Below are positions 59,976 through 64,000 of a stretch of 64,000 nt of DNA, piece after piece. The stretch spans positions 5,208,001 through 5,272,000 of the forward strand of contig CM120645.1 of assembly GCA_051362555.1 (NCBI GenBank), read 5' to 3'. The notes beneath the pieces are model-generated. The model did no database searches. It was not told the DNA's origin and worked only from the letters and a program-made list of their open reading frames with translations. The translations under genes and the position numbers were made by a program. Each line of letters begins with the position of its first letter. The stretch's first letter is position 1. Source of the DNA: Lingula anatina (Eukaryota; Animalia; Brachiopoda).

Positions 59976-62459
59976 CCACATGCACCCAATTTTGCTAATC
60001 ACACACAAACTACCTCATATATGCACACCTCTTATCCAACTATTCATTCTATACCTATGCACCATGCTAGTGAGGCCTCCACTGGTGTAGTTGTTTCATC
60101 TATGTCATTCCCATACAGGCAGAGCCCTGCTTCAAGTCTGAGGCTGTCTCTGGGCCCCAGCCCTGCCATGCGTACTTCACCATTTTTGGAAGACCAAATA
60201 GCATCTGCCACATGTTCTGTTTTCTCACACGGAACAGATATCTGGAAATAAATGTAAGATGTATTACAAATTTCCTTGATGTTATCTTACATTATCATCA
60301 GTCAGTTTTTAATGATGTTTTGTGTGTGTAAGGTTTTATAGGTGAAGTAGAAAAACTGCTGACATACTGATTAATTGACTACAAGGACTAATGTTGAAAT
60401 TGCCTTCAAAGCAACCTGGGCAACTTTAAGTTCATCCATATTACTTTCATCATGTCTGCAGAAGTAACAAATGACATGTTGATATTTTTGTCCCACAGCA
60501 GGCAAAAGAAGGAACAAATCATATGTTCATATTTTTGTCCCACAGAGGGCCACAGAATGAACCACTTAGATGGTGATACATTTCACTAGCTGACGGCCCT
60601 GCATACATACCTCTACACCATCCTCGCCTGTATAACCACAGCGACTAATTCTGCAGTCTGGCACTCCTGCTATTGTTGCCATGGAACTAGTCATAAATGG
60701 CAGTTCGTCAAGGTTTAGATCAGATTCTATCAAAGGCTGTAGCACTTGGACCATCTCTGGACCTGGAATATATTGTATATAGGATTATTCAATGCTTTGG
60801 ACCAATGCAGACAGTGTAACATTGTCATATATGCAAAAAGGTGTACAGCACTAATTTATCAAACTCCCTACAAGATTGTGATAAACAGTTTTCATAACTG
60901 CATTTACATTATCCTGAAATTCAAATTACTGGTATTTATTAATGTAAATTGAATAGCCTAAATTTCAAACCTAATTCAAAGGCACGTTGTATTAATGAAA
61001 ATAGATATTATGACAATAAATGTCTTATCAAATCATATCACCTATGATAAAATTATGAACTTGCAAGCAAAAAAGAAAAAAATAATATAAGTCAAATATG
61101 ATACACCTTTGACAAAAATGTTAATAATTTCTCTTCTAACCTTGTAAGGCAAGTAGACCATTGCATATCTGTTCAACAGAAATATCTCCTCCTTTGAATT
61201 TAAACTGCTCTGCTTCAGTCTGGAAGATAATTCGGCCTTGTATTGAACTCGATGTATATAAAAAAAAACACAAGATTTGTTAATTGACACTATAACTATT
61301 TAAACTTTTTCAAATTCAATTATATGGATACACAAGCCATACAGTTGTCCATCTTTCCATGACATCAAGAAAGTATCAGTAGGTACACATTAAAATACAA
61401 TCACAATAAATTTACATCATCTGCAATGGTCTGATACAAAAACAGTAAATTCTAAAACCAATTCACAAGTCAACATCTGTCTATGAATAAGTTCAGTCAC
61501 ACATACCTCAATATATATTCCTATTTTATCTGCACAACCAGCATTTGACACAATATAAATATGGTCATCACTAGTCTTTGTAATAATACAATCATCCATA
61601 ATTCCACCATTGTCATTAGTGAACATTGATAATACAGCATTATTCTCTTTCAGTCCTTCCACATCTGCAACAGTCAAGCTCTCCACAAATTGGCTTCTGT
61701 CCCTGCCAAATATATAAGTTTGCATCATGTGCGATACATCAAAGAGGCTTGCATGTTTTCTCGTATGAATGTGGGATTCCATGATGCTTGATTTGTAGTG
61801 AAGAGGCATCTGCCAACCACAGAAGGGGACCATTTTGGCTCCATGTTGAATATTGAAATCATGGAGGATTGTCTTCATTGTTGCAACCTGAAATAAATAC
61901 ATATTTGGCAGCTTGGGTGTTATAGAGCATTTTTTCAACATCTGCATAAAAACATGTTGTAAACTATTCTTACTATAGATTATATAGAATATTAGATTAC
62001 TAAATACTTCACGATTACCTAGCTGCTTTATAAGTTTAACAGATCGATCACTTTTCCTTTTATAAAGTTATTTTGTGAAATGTGTGGTTATTATTAGTTA
62101 CTGCACGAGTACATGCAATTTTCCTCAACCAGCCCAAGGCTCAATTTTCAGCAAATTTCAGCGACAGCTAAACTACTGACTGGCCTAAAGAGAAAAGCAA
62201 AGGTCTAAGCGCAGTCAAGACCCTTACGCCGTCTTCAATGATACTACAACAGATAAAATGTCCTTGAAGTTGTACTGTATTGTAGTTGCACATGACATGT
62301 GTTTTTCGTGTACTTCAACTTGTTAAACCATTGACTACATCTCGTTTCCTACTTAAACGCCCTTGTCATTACCTCCCCGTATGTTTTCCCTCTTTTCCAG
62401 AACTTTAAAGGATTTTTGTGCACAGGCCTGCCAGCGAGTAAAGTGGCGTGCCGCAACAT
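58989..62459 (-). CDS. AMT: Aminomethyltransferase, mitochondrial (glycine cleavage T protein), 415 aa
   Basis: Exons 62459-62373 (basic presequence [24 protein letters not shown]), 61887-61507, 61219-61141, 60762-60611, 60241-60055, 59628-59509, 59230-58989 (1248 nt). Motifs [71 protein letters not shown]. Confidence 0.96.
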
Positions 62460-63051
62460 CCTCCTTGAGAGCTCCATCGCTGTGCACAGGTGATTTATTT
62501 ACCACCCCAGTCCATAACAGGATGTCGAATTTGCGCAAGTGCAAAAGGAAGTTGATAGTAGACTTGTGGTACCTTTTCTCATCTATTTTTGAACACTATA
62601 AAATTGATAAAATTTTGACGCATTTCTTTTGTTTACATCTATAGCTATTTTAGATAATGATGTTAAACTGTTATATCCTTATTGGTGCCACATTTTCTAT
62701 AAAAATCCTACATTTTTTGTGGGTAAAATTGCAAATGGAGGTATGCCGAAGCCGTCTTTGTTTGTTTTGACTTACATGATTGGATATCACCGAGTTCGGC
62801 AACATCTGTTTTTTATCGTTTTTATTGAGTTTATACGTTAATCATAGTATTTAATACATTGCCCAAGTACTCAATACTTGCTCACAAACAAAGTGGGGTA
62901 TTTTTGAAAATCTAAATTAAAAAATGTTTATCTAACCACTATACATTTTGATTTGAGAGCTGAAAACTTGACCAATCAGCGTGAAGCATACATAATCATT
63001 CTGAAACAACTTTTTGTCCAAATTATTGGGTTGACATTGAGCTCCATCAAG
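62460..63051. promoter_or_regulatory. Bidirectional promoter region between AMT (-) and ING3 (+)
   Basis: Start codons diverge about 590 bp apart. NF-Y-like gaCCAATcag at ~62970 and an inverted CCAAT (attgg) at ~63025. Confidence 0.6.
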
Positions 63052-63265
63052 ATGCTGTATTTAGAGGATTATTTGGAAAGTAAGTCAAGTTAAAACACTT
63101 TGAATATTTACATAAGTATCATTTCTGTGTCACCGAAATTTTTTTTCGTTGTCAAGAAATGTGAAATATTTTATTTTTAATTTTCAATTTCAGTGATTGA
63201 GAACCTCCCAATGGAAATGCGGGAAAGGTTCACGGACATGCGAGAGACAGATTTAGAAGTACAAA
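63052..63265 (+). CDS. ING3: Inhibitor of growth protein 3, exons 1-2; gene continues off the right edge
   Basis: Not in the ORF track. Exons 63052-63079 and 63194-63265 give MLYLEDYLEMIENLPMEMRERFTDMRETDLEVQ, matching the conserved ING3 N-terminus (MLYLEDYLEMIEQLPMDLRDRFTEMREMDLQVQ). Confidence 0.95.
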
Positions 63266-64000
63266 GTGAGTTTTCTAATGTTGCTGTTTAAGTAGTTATA
63301 AAGTTAACTTTTGGATTCATTGTGAACAATGAATTAATAAAATATGTGAAATTAAGAAGCAGTAACAAATTTATAACGTGTTTTTGTCTTCATTAGAAAT
63401 GTGTTCGTGTGGCGTCAGGTGGCGCCAAAATATGGTTTCATTTTCCTTTTTGGCGGATTATACCCCCACGGGCCCCACCTTTTATCATTGTGTGACGATC
63501 AGATTATTAAAATTAAATGCTTGAATAAGGAGCCTCCCCTTTAAACCATACACCATCACATGGCCATAAACTGTAGCCGATTATTCATATTTTGCAATTC
63601 AAACATGGTTATAAAATCCATTATTTATTATCGAGCTGTCTTTCCAAGAAGGATGTTCTCCACGTCATTCTTCTGCATACAAACGGTAATTCTAAATGTC
63701 TAACATAATTTGAAAAATACCGTTTGTTACTGAAGTTTTTACATTCATTATATTAGAAGGCCGTGGCTTCAATAATTTTCGTTCAGTCAGTAATCATGAA
63801 AAGTGGTTAGAATTAAAACAGGCAAGCTGAGGCATTTTAGTTGCAGAAGTAATAATTTGAATTTTTGATAAATAGACAGTGTATGAATTTAAACACATAT
63901 TACTAGTACTAGTAAGTGCATTAACCACTTATTTTTGAACCTTTTTAGAGATATTTAAGTAATACTTTTTGATTATAAATATAGTTTAATACCTTGAATT

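Noticed and set aside
62228-62298. Alternative AMT first exon (ATG TCA TGT...GGC|GTAAGG)
   Set aside because: Its donor is phase 2 but exon 2 needs phase 0. The 62459-62373 exon fits the phase and encodes a plausible mitochondrial presequence.

Overview
AT-rich, intron-containing metazoan DNA. It looks like a marine invertebrate, plausibly a mollusc or other lophotrochozoan, but the taxon cannot be fixed from sequence alone. Splicing by eye with GT-AG boundaries and phase checks gives, left to right: a cluster of YitH/HlmA-like two-domain GNAT acyltransferases (exon 1 of a minus-strand copy at the window edge, a truncated exon-1 relic, two complete 3-exon plus-strand copies); a CHST11-like Golgi sulfotransferase; an intronless orphan Lys/Pro-rich type II membrane protein with 46-aa repeats; an ankyrin-SOCS box protein; tRNA-Thr(CGT); an SLC41/MgtE Mg2+ transporter (10 coding exons) head-to-head with NOPCHAP1/C12orf45; an SSUH2 homologue with a 17x GQGYAGPPP repeat and a CaaL tail; mitochondrial AMT/GcvT head-to-head with the first two exons of ING3. 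Several MITE-like elements and microsatellites are also present. The most notable observations are two 20-bp palindromes each flanked by its own 7-bp target duplication (P-superfamily-like micro-element or footprint), CHST11-SLC41-NOPCHAP1 linkage echoing human 12q23.3, a candidate poison acceptor in AMT, strong enrichment of the palindromes TACATGTA and TAGGCCTA, and an apparent CpG-content boundary near the tRNA. No prokaryotic-type systems or CRISPR arrays are supported. All gene names come from recognised motifs, not database searches.
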